Shown here: positions 29,554-35,864 of the stretch, one piece after another
Layout: the number at the start of each line of letters is the position of its first letter
How positions within the stretch are numbered: position 1 is the stretch's first letter
Assembly (NCBI GenBank): GCA_002715305.1
Contig: PAYV01000006.1
Span: forward strand, 4,885-40,748
DNA length: 35,864 nucleotides
Direction of reading: 5' to 3'
Origin: Rickettsiales bacterium
Lineage (GTDB): Bacteria; Pseudomonadota; Alphaproteobacteria; Methylaequorales; Methylaequoraceae
Notes under the pieces: generated by a model
The model's database searches: none
What the model was told of the DNA's origin: nothing
Seen by the model: the letters and a program-made list of their open reading frames with translations, nothing else
Made by a program: the position numbers and the translations under genes

Positions 29554-29771
29554 TGTAAACTTATATGCTTTAATCCAGATTGCATTATTGCAGCTAACGC
29601 AGTTTCTTTATTATCGAAAGCAGCTAATAAAGTTCCGTCAGCACCATAGACGGTAAAAACATCAGTTTTAAAGTTATTTTCTTTATGACTTTCTTTTTTT
29701 ATAAAGGCTAATCCAGATTCTCCCTCATTTAGGAGTTCATCTAATTTAATTTTATTTGAATTACTCGTCAT
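29550..29771 (-). CDS. DUF1150-family small protein
   Basis: 73 aa with a C-terminal VYGADGTLLAAFDNKETALAAIMQSGLKHISLH, as I recall for DUF1150. Overlaps the hsp20 stop by 11 nt. Confidence 0.65.
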   Translation of the reverse strand: MTSNSNKIKLDELLNEGESGLAFIKKESHKENNFKTDVFTVYGADGTLLAAFDNKETALAAIMQSGLKHISLH

Positions 29772-30228
29772 TTTTTAAATCTAAATTAATTAATTTACTA
29801 TTCTTTAGTTTATTTTTATTATCCTGAATTTCAATCTTTTTTGATTCATCATTATTTATTGGTTGCGATAAGTCAACAAAAAGTAAACCGTTATCCATTG
29901 AAGCACCTTCAACCTCAATACCTTCGGCAAGAACAAAATTTCTTAAAAATTGTCTTGTTGCAATGCCTCTATGAATATAAATCTTTTCGGAATCATTTTC
30001 TTGTTTATTACCTCTTATTTGTAATTGATTACCTTCCAAGCTAATATCAAGGTCTTTTTTTTCAAATCCTGCAACCGCGATTGTAATTCTAATAGTATTG
30101 GGAGAAGTTTGTTCGATGTTATAAGGAGGATAGGAATCACTTGAAAGTTTAGATATGCGATCTACAGTTCTTTCAAAATGGTCAAAACCTAATAGAAAAG
30201 GGCTGTTGAAAAGTGACATTCTACTCAT
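29761..30228 (-). CDS. Small heat-shock protein, Hsp20/alpha-crystallin family (IbpA-like)
   Basis: FDHFERTVDRI...YPPYNIEQTSPNTIRITIAVAGFEKKDLDISLEGNQLQIRGNK...GLLFVDL alpha-crystallin domain. An internal ATG at 30219 is an alternative start. Confidence 0.9.
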   Translation of the reverse strand: MSRMSLFNSPFLLGFDHFERTVDRISKLSSDSYPPYNIEQTSPNTIRITIAVAGFEKKDLDISLEGNQLQIRGNKQENDSEKIYIHRGIATRQFLRNFVLAEGIEVEGASMDNGLLFVDLSQPINNDESKKIEIQDNKNKLKNSKLINLDLKNDE

Positions 30229-30230
30229 AA

Positions 30231-30276
30231 ATCCTCTTTCATCGAGCGATAAATTGAACCTTAAAAAGCATTCAAT
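30231..30276 (-). promoter_or_regulatory. Candidate ROSE-like RNA thermometer in the hsp20 5' UTR: two adjacent hairpins, the second masking the Shine-Dalgarno sequence
   Basis: The minus-strand RNA reads AUUGAAU-gcuuuuuaag-GUUCAAU uu AUC(G)CUC-gaugaaa-GAGGAU uu AUG. UCGCU matches the ROSE U(U/C)GCU motif, pairing with AGGA and leaving one G bulged. Confidence 0.4.
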
Positions 30277-30405
30277 AATTATTTATTACATTTATTATAA
30301 ATATTCAATATAATTTTTCTATATCTGAATTATTAATTAAATCTATTTTTAATGCAAATTACCCCTTTGATGAAGTTCTTACTAATAATTAAGAATAAAA
30401 TTTAT

Positions 30406-30481
30406 TGGTGGAGCTGGACGGGATCGAACCGACGACCTTCTGAATGCCATCCAGACGCTCTCCCAACTGAGCTACAGCCCC
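30406..30481 (-). tRNA. tRNA-Ala (anticodon GGC), CCA encoded
   Basis: The reverse complement reads GGGGCTGTAGCTCAGTTGGGAGAGCGTCTGGATGGCATTCAGAAGGTCGTCGGTTCGATCCCGTCCAGCTCCACCA. It has the G3:U70 Ala identity pair and anticodon loop ATGGCAT. Confidence 0.92.
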
Positions 30482-30571
30482 AAAAAACTAATAAATAATA
30501 GGAAAGCTTAACATTTGAATATGTTAACACAATAAAAAATTGATGATTTTATTTATCGAAAACCTAAAAAT

Positions 30572-30877
30572 TTACTCTTCTTCTTTTGGAACCTCAACTA
30601 TTTCTTCAACTGATTCATCATTTTCAATATCTACAATTTCAGCTTCATCAACTTCAATTTCATCAATCTTAATTTCTTCATCCGAATTAGTTTCTGGTAT
30701 TGTTGTGGCATCTGGCTTTACATTCTTTGGAGGTCTTCCTCTTTTTGAAACATTTGTGAGGAGTGAGGTAACTTCTGTACCACAGTTTGGACAGATTATT
30801 GGAGCTTTATTGAAATCAAAGAAAAGTGTAGAGCAAGCCGGACATTTTCTTTTTGCTCCTTTTTTGAAATCTTTCAT
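30572..30877 (-). CDS. FYDLN_acid family protein (TIGR02300-like): N-terminal zinc ribbon plus an acidic tail
   Basis: MKDFKKGAKRKCPACSTLFFDFNKAPIICPNCGTEV (CxxC...CxxC with an FYDLN-like FFDFN), then a Glu/Asp-rich tail. The ATG at 30877 has AGGAAAG upstream and is preferred over TTG at 30898. Confidence 0.75.
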   Translation of the reverse strand: MKDFKKGAKRKCPACSTLFFDFNKAPIICPNCGTEVTSLLTNVSKRGRPPKNVKPDATTIPETNSDEEIKIDEIEVDEAEIVDIENDESVEEIVEVPKEEE

Positions 30878-30923
30878 AATGAACTTTCCTACAAGCAATA
30901 AATAATTTATAAATTAAAAACTA

Positions 30924-31148
30924 ATGAATAAATCTTGTACTCTCAAATCCTATAAAAGTAAATGCCTTGAAGGAATAATTTTTGCTCCCTCAGACAAATC
31001 GATTTCTCATAGAGCTTTGATACTAGCATCAATTTGCATAGGAAATTCAAAGATTTTTGGACTTTTAGAGTCTGAAGACATTTTAAATACACTTAAGTCA
31101 ATAAAAAAATTAGGTATTAAAATAACAAAAAAAAAAAAATTATTATGA
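30924..31148 (+). CDS. aroA: 3-phosphoshikimate 1-carboxyvinyltransferase (EPSP synthase), N-terminal fragment ending just after an A13 run
   Basis: APSDKSISHRALILASICIGNSKIFGLLESEDILNTLKSIKKLGIKI is a canonical AroA N-terminus. The frame stops at 31146-31148, two codons after the homopolymer. Confidence 0.9.
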   Translation: MNKSCTLKSYKSKCLEGIIFAPSDKSISHRALILASICIGNSKIFGLLESEDILNTLKSIKKLGIKITKKKKLL

Positions 31149-32253
31149 GGTTTTTGGGAATGGAGGTTCTTTTTCTGACCCCGAAGAGAGATTAGATTTT
31201 GGAAATTCAGGAACTGGAATTAGATTGACAATGGGTTTGTTAGCTACAAGAAATATCAATGCGACACTTGTAGGTGACAGTTCGTTATCCTCAAGACCAA
31301 TGCTCAGAGTTATTAATCCATTAAAAGAGATGAACACTATTATTGAACACAACAAAGGTTGCTTACCAGTAAAAATTAATTCAAATAATTTTTTTTCAAT
31401 TCCAATTAAGCATAAATTATCAATTGGATCAGCTCAGGTGAAAAGTGCAATTTTACTTGCAGCAACATCTGTTCAAGGTTCAACAGAAATAATTGAGGAA
31501 ATTCCTTCTAGGGATCACACTGAGAGACTGTTGAAGTATTTGGGTGCAAATATTAGCATAAAAAAAAAATCAGGAAAGAATAATATTAAGTTAATATCAC
31601 CAACGATTTTACCTTCTAAAGATTTTTATATACCTGGTGATTTCAGTTCCGCTGCATTTTTTATAGTTGCGGCGTTATTGATTAAGGATAGTAAAATTAC
31701 AATCAAAAATGTAGGTTTAAATTTTTTTAGGATAGGATTATTAGAAGCCTTAAGGAAAATGAATGGGAAGATAATTATAAAAAATAAAAGATACATAAAC
31801 ATGGAGCTAGTAGGTGATATTGAAATTTTTCATTCAAGATTAAATGGAATAAAATTGGGTAAAGTCTTCTCTGCTAGATTAATTGATGAGTATCCAATTC
31901 TTTTTGTTGCAGCTTCATTTGCAAAAGGTACATCAAAATTTTACGGACTTGAAGAACTTAAATTTAAAGAAAGCAATAGAATTGAGTCAATGGAGATAGC
32001 CTTGAAGGATGCTGGAGTTAACATAACCTCTGAAAGTAATTGGGTCGAAATAACAGGTAAAAAAAATCAAATTGGTGGAAACTTTGTCTCAACGAACAAT
32101 GATCACAGAATTGCAATGTCAATGCTTGTTTTTGGAATGGTGTCTGAAAAACCAGTCTCAATTGATAATTTTGAAACAATTAAAACTTCATTTCCAAATT
32201 TTAAAGAGCTATTTTCAAAGGTAGGAGCAAAAATTGAGTTCTTTCAAAAATGA
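31126..32253 (+). CDS. aroA: EPSP synthase, C-terminal fragment in the +1 frame. Open from 31126; first ATG at 31225.
   Basis: From 31141 the frame reads YYEVFGNGGSFSDPEERLDFGNSGTGIRLTMGLLA...SSRPM...GSAQVKSAILLAA...DHRIAMS, the AroA core continuing from the fragment above. Confidence 0.9.
   Translation, partial: QKKKNYYEVFGNGGSFSDPEERLDFGNSGTGIRLTMGLLATRNINATLVGDSSLSSRPMLRVINPLKEMNTIIEHNKGCLPVKINSNNFFSIPIKHKLSIGSAQVKSAILLAATSVQGSTEIIEEIPSRDHTERLLKYLGANISIKKKSGKNNIKLISPTILPSKDFYIPGDFSSAAFFIVAALLIKDSKITIKNVGLNFFRIGLLEALRKMNGKIIIKNKRYINMELVGDIEIFHSRLNGIKLGKVFSARLIDEYPILFVAASFAKGTSKFYGLEELKFKESNRIESMEIALKDAGVNITSESNWVEITGKKNQIGGNFVSTNNDHRIAMSMLVFGMVSEKPVSIDNFETIKTSFPNFKELFSKVGAKIEFFQK
31127..31139 (+). 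repeat. A13 homopolymer at the aroA frameshift site
   Basis: Counted directly: 31127-31139 are all A. A12 would restore a single 442-aa AroA frame. Confidence 0.95.
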
Positions 32254-32893
32254 TAAACCTGTAATCGCTATCGATGGAACAGCTGGTTCAGGAAAAGGCA
32301 CATTAGCAAAGAATTTATGTAAATTTTTAAAATTTGATCATTTAGATAGCGGAATTTTATATAGATTTCTTGCATACAAATTTTTAAAAAATTCCGATAA
32401 AAAAATTAAACTTTCTTCGTCTTTTTTAACATTAGATGAGATAAAAAAAATTTCTTTAGATGTTAAACAAAAATTGAGATCAGATAAGGTAGCTTTGATG
32501 GCTTCAAAAATTGCAAGAAGGAAGGATATTAGAAACTTTCTAGTTTCATTGCAAAGAGACTTTGCTAACAGACCGCCTGGAGGTATAGGATCAGTAATTG
32601 ATGGAAGAGATATTGCTAGTAGAATAATTCCTAATGCTGAAGTTAAAATTTATGTCGATGCTGAAGTAGAGGTTAGAGCAAAAAGGAGGCTTAAACAAAT
32701 GAATTTATCTAAAGAAAACTTTTCACAAATTTTAGAAAGTATAAAAGATAGAGATTTAAAAGATAAATCAAGAAAAGAATCGCCATTAATAAAAACTGAG
32801 GGGAGTATTTTTTTAGATACAACTAAAATAGATGAAAAACAGGCTTTTGAGATTGTATTGAGATTGATAAAAAAAAAAATTGATTATATTTAG
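32234..32893 (+). CDS. cmk: Cytidylate kinase
   Basis: VIAIDGTAGSGKGTLAKNL P-loop, then DSGILYR and DGRDI motifs. TTG start overlaps the aroA end by 20 nt. Confidence 0.93.
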   Translation: MSSFKNDKPVIAIDGTAGSGKGTLAKNLCKFLKFDHLDSGILYRFLAYKFLKNSDKKIKLSSSFLTLDEIKKISLDVKQKLRSDKVALMASKIARRKDIRNFLVSLQRDFANRPPGGIGSVIDGRDIASRIIPNAEVKIYVDAEVEVRAKRRLKQMNLSKENFSQILESIKDRDLKDKSRKESPLIKTEGSIFLDTTKIDEKQAFEIVLRLIKKKIDYI

Positions 32894-32953
32894 TGATTGC
32901 ACAGACGATTAAAATTTTGTAATTAATTACCTGAGTATTATGGAGGAAATGTA

Positions 32954-34642
32954 TTGGAAGAAAATTTTAGTGAACTTTTAGAAAAAAGCCTCACGGATTT
33001 TAGGTTTAAAGAAGGCCAAATTGTTAAAGGCACAGTGTTGTTCATAAAAAAAGACACAGTCGTTGTTGATGTTGGATTAAAATCAGAAGGAAGAATACCC
33101 TTGAAAGAATTTCACTCACCAGGTGAGGAGCATAACGTAAAGATTGGAGACAAACTTGATGTATATGTTGAGAAGTTAGAAAATAAAGAAGGAGAAGCCC
33201 TTCTAAGTAGGGAAAAGGCAAGAAAAGAAGAATCCTGGCTAAATCTTGAAAAATCATTGAATAAGAAACAACAAGTTACGGGAGTGATTACAGGTAGAGT
33301 TAAGGGTGGTTTTACCGTTGATATTAGTGGTGCTGTAGCTTTTTTGCCTGGAAGTCAAGTTGATCTTAGACCCATTAAAGATATTGCCCCGTTACTAAAT
33401 AAACCCCAACCTATGATGATTTTAAAAATGGATAAAATCAGAGGTAATATTGTTGTTTCTAGAAGGGCATTACTAGAGGAATCTAGGGAAGCAGATAGAA
33501 GCAAATTGCTATCCGATATTAATGAAGGCGACAAACTCAAAGGTTCTGTAAAAAATATAACTGATTATGGTGTCTTTGTTGATTTAGGGGGGTTAGATGG
33601 TTTATTACATGTTACCGATCTATCATGGGAGAGAGTCAGTCATCCTTCGGAGATGTTTAGTATTGGTCAAGAAATTGAGGTAATTGTAACTAAGTATGAT
33701 AAGGAAACTAAGAGGATAAGTCTAGGACTTAAGCAATTAACCGAGGATCCTTGGAATAATGTAGAAAGTATTTATCAAGTTGGTAAAAAAATAAAATCTA
33801 AGATTTCTAGCATTGCTGATTATGGAGCTTTTGTTGAACTTCAAAAAGGTGTTGAAGGTTTAATACATATTTCAGAAATGAGTTGGGTAAATAAAAATGT
33901 TAATCCCAATTCGATTGTAAAGGTTGGAGATGAAGTCGAAATAATAATTTTAGAAATAGATAATGTTAAAAGAAGAATAAGCCTTGGTTTAAAACAATGC
34001 AGTGAAAATCCCTGGAAAAAATATTCAACTGAGCATAAAAAAGGTGAAACTCTTGAGGGAAAAATAAAAAATATTACAGAGTTTGGTATTTTTGTTGAGT
34101 TATCATATGAACTTGATGGAATGATTCATTTGTCAGATATTTCATGGGAAGATTCTGGTGAAGAAGCCATTAAAGCTTATAAAGCAGATCAGAAGATAAA
34201 ATTCAAAATACTTGATATAGATGTAGAAAAAGAAAGAATTTCACTTGGTATTAAACAACTTCTAAAAGATAAATCTAAAACAGATAAATTAATTGGTAAA
34301 ATTGTAACCGGCATAATTGATTCGATTGATAAAGAAAAGATTTTTGTATCGTTTGATGAAAGTAAAAAAGGATTTATAAGGAAATCTAACTTAGCTAAAT
34401 TAAAATCAGAACAAAATACTGATAGATTTGCGGTTAAAGAAAAGATTGATGCAAAGGTAATCAAAAAGATTGCTAAGGATGAATCTTATGAGCTTTCAGT
34501 AAAAGATTTAGAAATTCAAGAAGAAAAAGAAGCGCTTAAAGAATTCGGATCATCTTCATCGGGAGCGAGTATTGGAGATATTTTAGGTGCTGCACTTGAA
34601 GAGGATAAAAATAAAAAGTCAAAAATAAAAGATGAAAAATAA
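32954..34642 (+). CDS. rpsA: 30S ribosomal protein S1 (six S1 domains)
   Basis: Repeated S1 motifs (GTV..., G.VKNITDYGVFVDLGG.DGLLH..D.SW). 562 aa. TTG start 6 nt after GGAGGA (32942-32947). Confidence 0.97.
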   Translation: MEENFSELLEKSLTDFRFKEGQIVKGTVLFIKKDTVVVDVGLKSEGRIPLKEFHSPGEEHNVKIGDKLDVYVEKLENKEGEALLSREKARKEESWLNLEKSLNKKQQVTGVITGRVKGGFTVDISGAVAFLPGSQVDLRPIKDIAPLLNKPQPMMILKMDKIRGNIVVSRRALLEESREADRSKLLSDINEGDKLKGSVKNITDYGVFVDLGGLDGLLHVTDLSWERVSHPSEMFSIGQEIEVIVTKYDKETKRISLGLKQLTEDPWNNVESIYQVGKKIKSKISSIADYGAFVELQKGVEGLIHISEMSWVNKNVNPNSIVKVGDEVEIIILEIDNVKRRISLGLKQCSENPWKKYSTEHKKGETLEGKIKNITEFGIFVELSYELDGMIHLSDISWEDSGEEAIKAYKADQKIKFKILDIDVEKERISLGIKQLLKDKSKTDKLIGKIVTGIIDSIDKEKIFVSFDESKKGFIRKSNLAKLKSEQNTDRFAVKEKIDAKVIKKIAKDESYELSVKDLEIQEEKEALKEFGSSSSGASIGDILGAALEEDKNKKSKIKDEK

Positions 34643-35519
34643 TACCTTTTTGAATGATTACTTCAGTAAAAGGAAAATATTGATTATAAGAGCTTTTTTC
34701 ATATCTTTGATTATTATCTTTTTTCTTTCTTTAATCTTTTCCATTAATAAAAATAGTGACTTTATAGCTAAACTCTCAATTGATGGGGTAATCTATGAGA
34801 GAAATGATATTTTGGAAAAAATAGATGAATTAAATAATGATGAATCAGCTCAAGGTTTACTACTAATTGTTAATTCACCTGGTGGTACTTTCGTAAATAG
34901 TAAAGAGATATTTGATTCTATAAAAAAAATTGGAAAAAAAATACCAACAGCTGTTTACATGAGAGAAATGGCAACCTCAGGTGGTTACTTGGTATCTTTG
35001 GGTGCAGAAAAAATATTTTCAAACCAAGGAACAATAACTGGTTCAATCGGTGTGATTTTGCAAACTGCTGATATCAGTAAATTATTAAAAAAAATTGGGA
35101 TCAACCCTGTTGTAATAAAAAGCGGAGAGTTAAAATCTGTTCCAAATCCCCTAGAAAAAATTGATGAAAACCAAATACAGTATGTCGAGGAGATAATATC
35201 TTTAATGCAAAAAGAATTTCTTAAAATACTCAAGGATTCAAGAAATATTTCATCTGAAGTTGTCAATCTAGTATCTGATGGAAGAATTTTGACTGGGAGT
35301 CAGGCCAAGAAAATGAACTTAATTGATGAAATTGGATCAGAGGGAGATGCTATTCTTTGGCTTAGAAAGAAGGCTGACTTAGATGATGATGTTCCTGTAA
35401 TTGACGTTTCTGTAAAAGGCAATTTTCTAAATATATTGAATATAAAATCTTTTAAAAATAAAATTAACAATGTTAATGTAAACTTTTTAAATGGCTTGCT
35501 TGCAATTTTGAGTAATTAG
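34632..35519 (+). CDS. sppA: Signal peptide peptidase SppA, 36K type (peptidase S49)
   Basis: N-terminal transmembrane helix, then LLLIVNSPGGT, MATSGGYLVSLGAEKIF and GSIGV (S49 motifs). Confidence 0.85.
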   Translation: MKNNTFLNDYFSKRKILIIRAFFISLIIIFFLSLIFSINKNSDFIAKLSIDGVIYERNDILEKIDELNNDESAQGLLLIVNSPGGTFVNSKEIFDSIKKIGKKIPTAVYMREMATSGGYLVSLGAEKIFSNQGTITGSIGVILQTADISKLLKKIGINPVVIKSGELKSVPNPLEKIDENQIQYVEEIISLMQKEFLKILKDSRNISSEVVNLVSDGRILTGSQAKKMNLIDEIGSEGDAILWLRKKADLDDDVPVIDVSVKGNFLNILNIKSFKNKINNVNVNFLNGLLAILSN

Positions 35520-35520
35520 T

Positions 35521-35802
35521 ATGAAAAAATCTGAACTTCTTTTGTCTCTTGAGCAAAAATTTGACTATCTTCCCAAAAGAGAGGTTGAAAGAACTTTAGA
35601 TAAAATCTTGAGTTTTTTTTCGTCTTCTCTTGTTAAAGGTTCAAGAATTGAAATAAGAGGCTTTGGAACTTTTTCAAGTAAAGTTAGAAAAGCCAGAAAG
35701 GGGAGAAATCCCTCAACAGGTGAATCAATTTTTATAAAAGAAAAAAATGTAATATATTTTAATCCGAGTAAGAAATTAAAAAGGATTATTAATGAAAAGT
35801 AA
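35521..35802 (+). CDS. ihfB: Integration host factor subunit beta
   Basis: MKKSELLLSL...GSRIEIRGFGTFSSKVRKARKGRNPSTGESIFIKEKNVIYFNPSKKLK closely parallels IHF-beta, and rpsA/sppA/ihfB synteny is typical of Alphaproteobacteria. Confidence 0.85.
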   Translation: MKKSELLLSLEQKFDYLPKREVERTLDKILSFFSSSLVKGSRIEIRGFGTFSSKVRKARKGRNPSTGESIFIKEKNVIYFNPSKKLKRIINEK

Positions 35803-35826
35803 ATTGGCAAAATTTTTGAGTATCAC

Positions 35827-35840
35827 TTTTTTTTTTTTTT
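35827..35840 (+). repeat. T14 homopolymer followed by T8 and T9 runs at the window edge
   Basis: Counted directly (35827-35840, 35846-35853, 35855-35863). The role is undetermined because the window ends at 35864. Confidence 0.9.
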
Positions 35841-35864
35841 CTTAATTTTTTTTGTTTTTTTTTC

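Noticed and set aside
30248-30275. Sigma-32/sigma-70-like promoter TTGAAT-N13-CAATTTAT (or TTGAAT-N16-TTTATC) upstream of hsp20
   Set aside because: The -10 match is poor. Both elements fall inside the two predicted leader hairpins, so a start there would delete the SD-masking arm. In DNA this AT-rich such hexamer matches are not informative. A second TTGAAT at 30303-30308 is equally weak.
30508-30527. Inverted repeat TTAACAT-6 nt-ATGTTAA between the FYDLN_acid gene and tRNA-Ala, considered as a terminator
   Set aside because: The stem is 7 bp and mostly A-U (only one G-C pair), and no U-tract follows it on the transcribed (minus) strand. It is too weak to call.
30540-30905. 121-aa plus-strand Ser/Ile-rich ORF
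   Set aside because: It is the mirror image of the acidic tail of the FYDLN_acid gene, where GAA/GAT repeats read as TTC/ATC on the other strand. The minus-strand zinc-ribbon protein is the real gene.
1-35864. I looked for CRISPR arrays, IS elements or transposases, integrases, prophage genes, toxin-antitoxin or defence systems, and rRNA or other structured ncRNA genes
   Set aside because: No direct-repeat/spacer periodicity is visible, and no ORF has transposase, integrase or phage motifs. Every ORF longer than 60 aa outside known genes is a shadow. The intergenic spacers (largest 177 nt) are too short for rRNA, tmRNA or RNase P RNA.
1-35864. Alternative genetic code (TGA or TAG reassignment)
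   Set aside because: All conserved genes are full length under the standard code. The only interruption (aroA) is a frame change at a homopolymer, not an in-frame stop.

Overview
This 35.9-kb window looks like a core chromosomal segment of a very AT-rich (roughly 30% GC by eye), extremely compact alphaproteobacterial genome. It is most consistent with a streamlined SAR11/Pelagibacterales-like organism. That assignment is inferred from composition, gene density and alphaproteobacterial synteny blocks, not from any search. I can support 42 protein-coding features (aroA counted as two fragments) and 2 tRNAs. By my hand tally of gaps, only about 1.1-1.2 kb (about 3%) is non-coding, and many neighbouring genes overlap by 4-32 nt. 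Gene order: polA (5' end cut by the window), a HugZ-like protein, a PCu(A)C copper chaperone, then a permease-less regulatory PTS operon (truncated hprK, rapZ, EIIA-Man, a fused HPr-Enzyme I) running straight into ahcY. A 14-kb minus-strand block follows: marR, a DUF457 hydrolase, a small ORF, tRNA-Ser, lepA, pheT, pheS, rplT, rpmI, infC, thrS, a GT9 and a GT4 glycosyltransferase, an SDR and a LysR regulator. Next come uppP, an NDUFA9-like SDR, an RNase D-like exonuclease, and kdsD-lptC-lptA-lptB-hpf-ptsN. The window ends with a DUF1150/Hsp20 pair, tRNA-Ala, a FYDLN_acid zinc-ribbon protein, and aroA-cmk-rpsA-sppA-ihfB. I see no CRISPR array, transposase, integrase, phage gene or recognisable defence gene, and I do not find a convincing novel multi-gene system. 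Six things deserve a second look. (1) aroA is split by a 1-nt frameshift inside an A13 run. (2) Long A/T homopolymers (up to 16-17 nt) sit in-frame inside genes far more often than composition predicts. (3) The PTS module has an HPr-EI fusion in place of the usual sensory N-terminus of EI-Ntr. (4) rpoN is cleanly absent between lptB and hpf. (5) The conserved first beta-strand of hpf lies upstream of any ATG/GTG/TTG, implying a CTG or ATA start. (6) A ROSE-like hairpin masks the Shine-Dalgarno sequence in front of the small heat-shock gene. All product calls come from motif recognition in the supplied translations. No database search was run.
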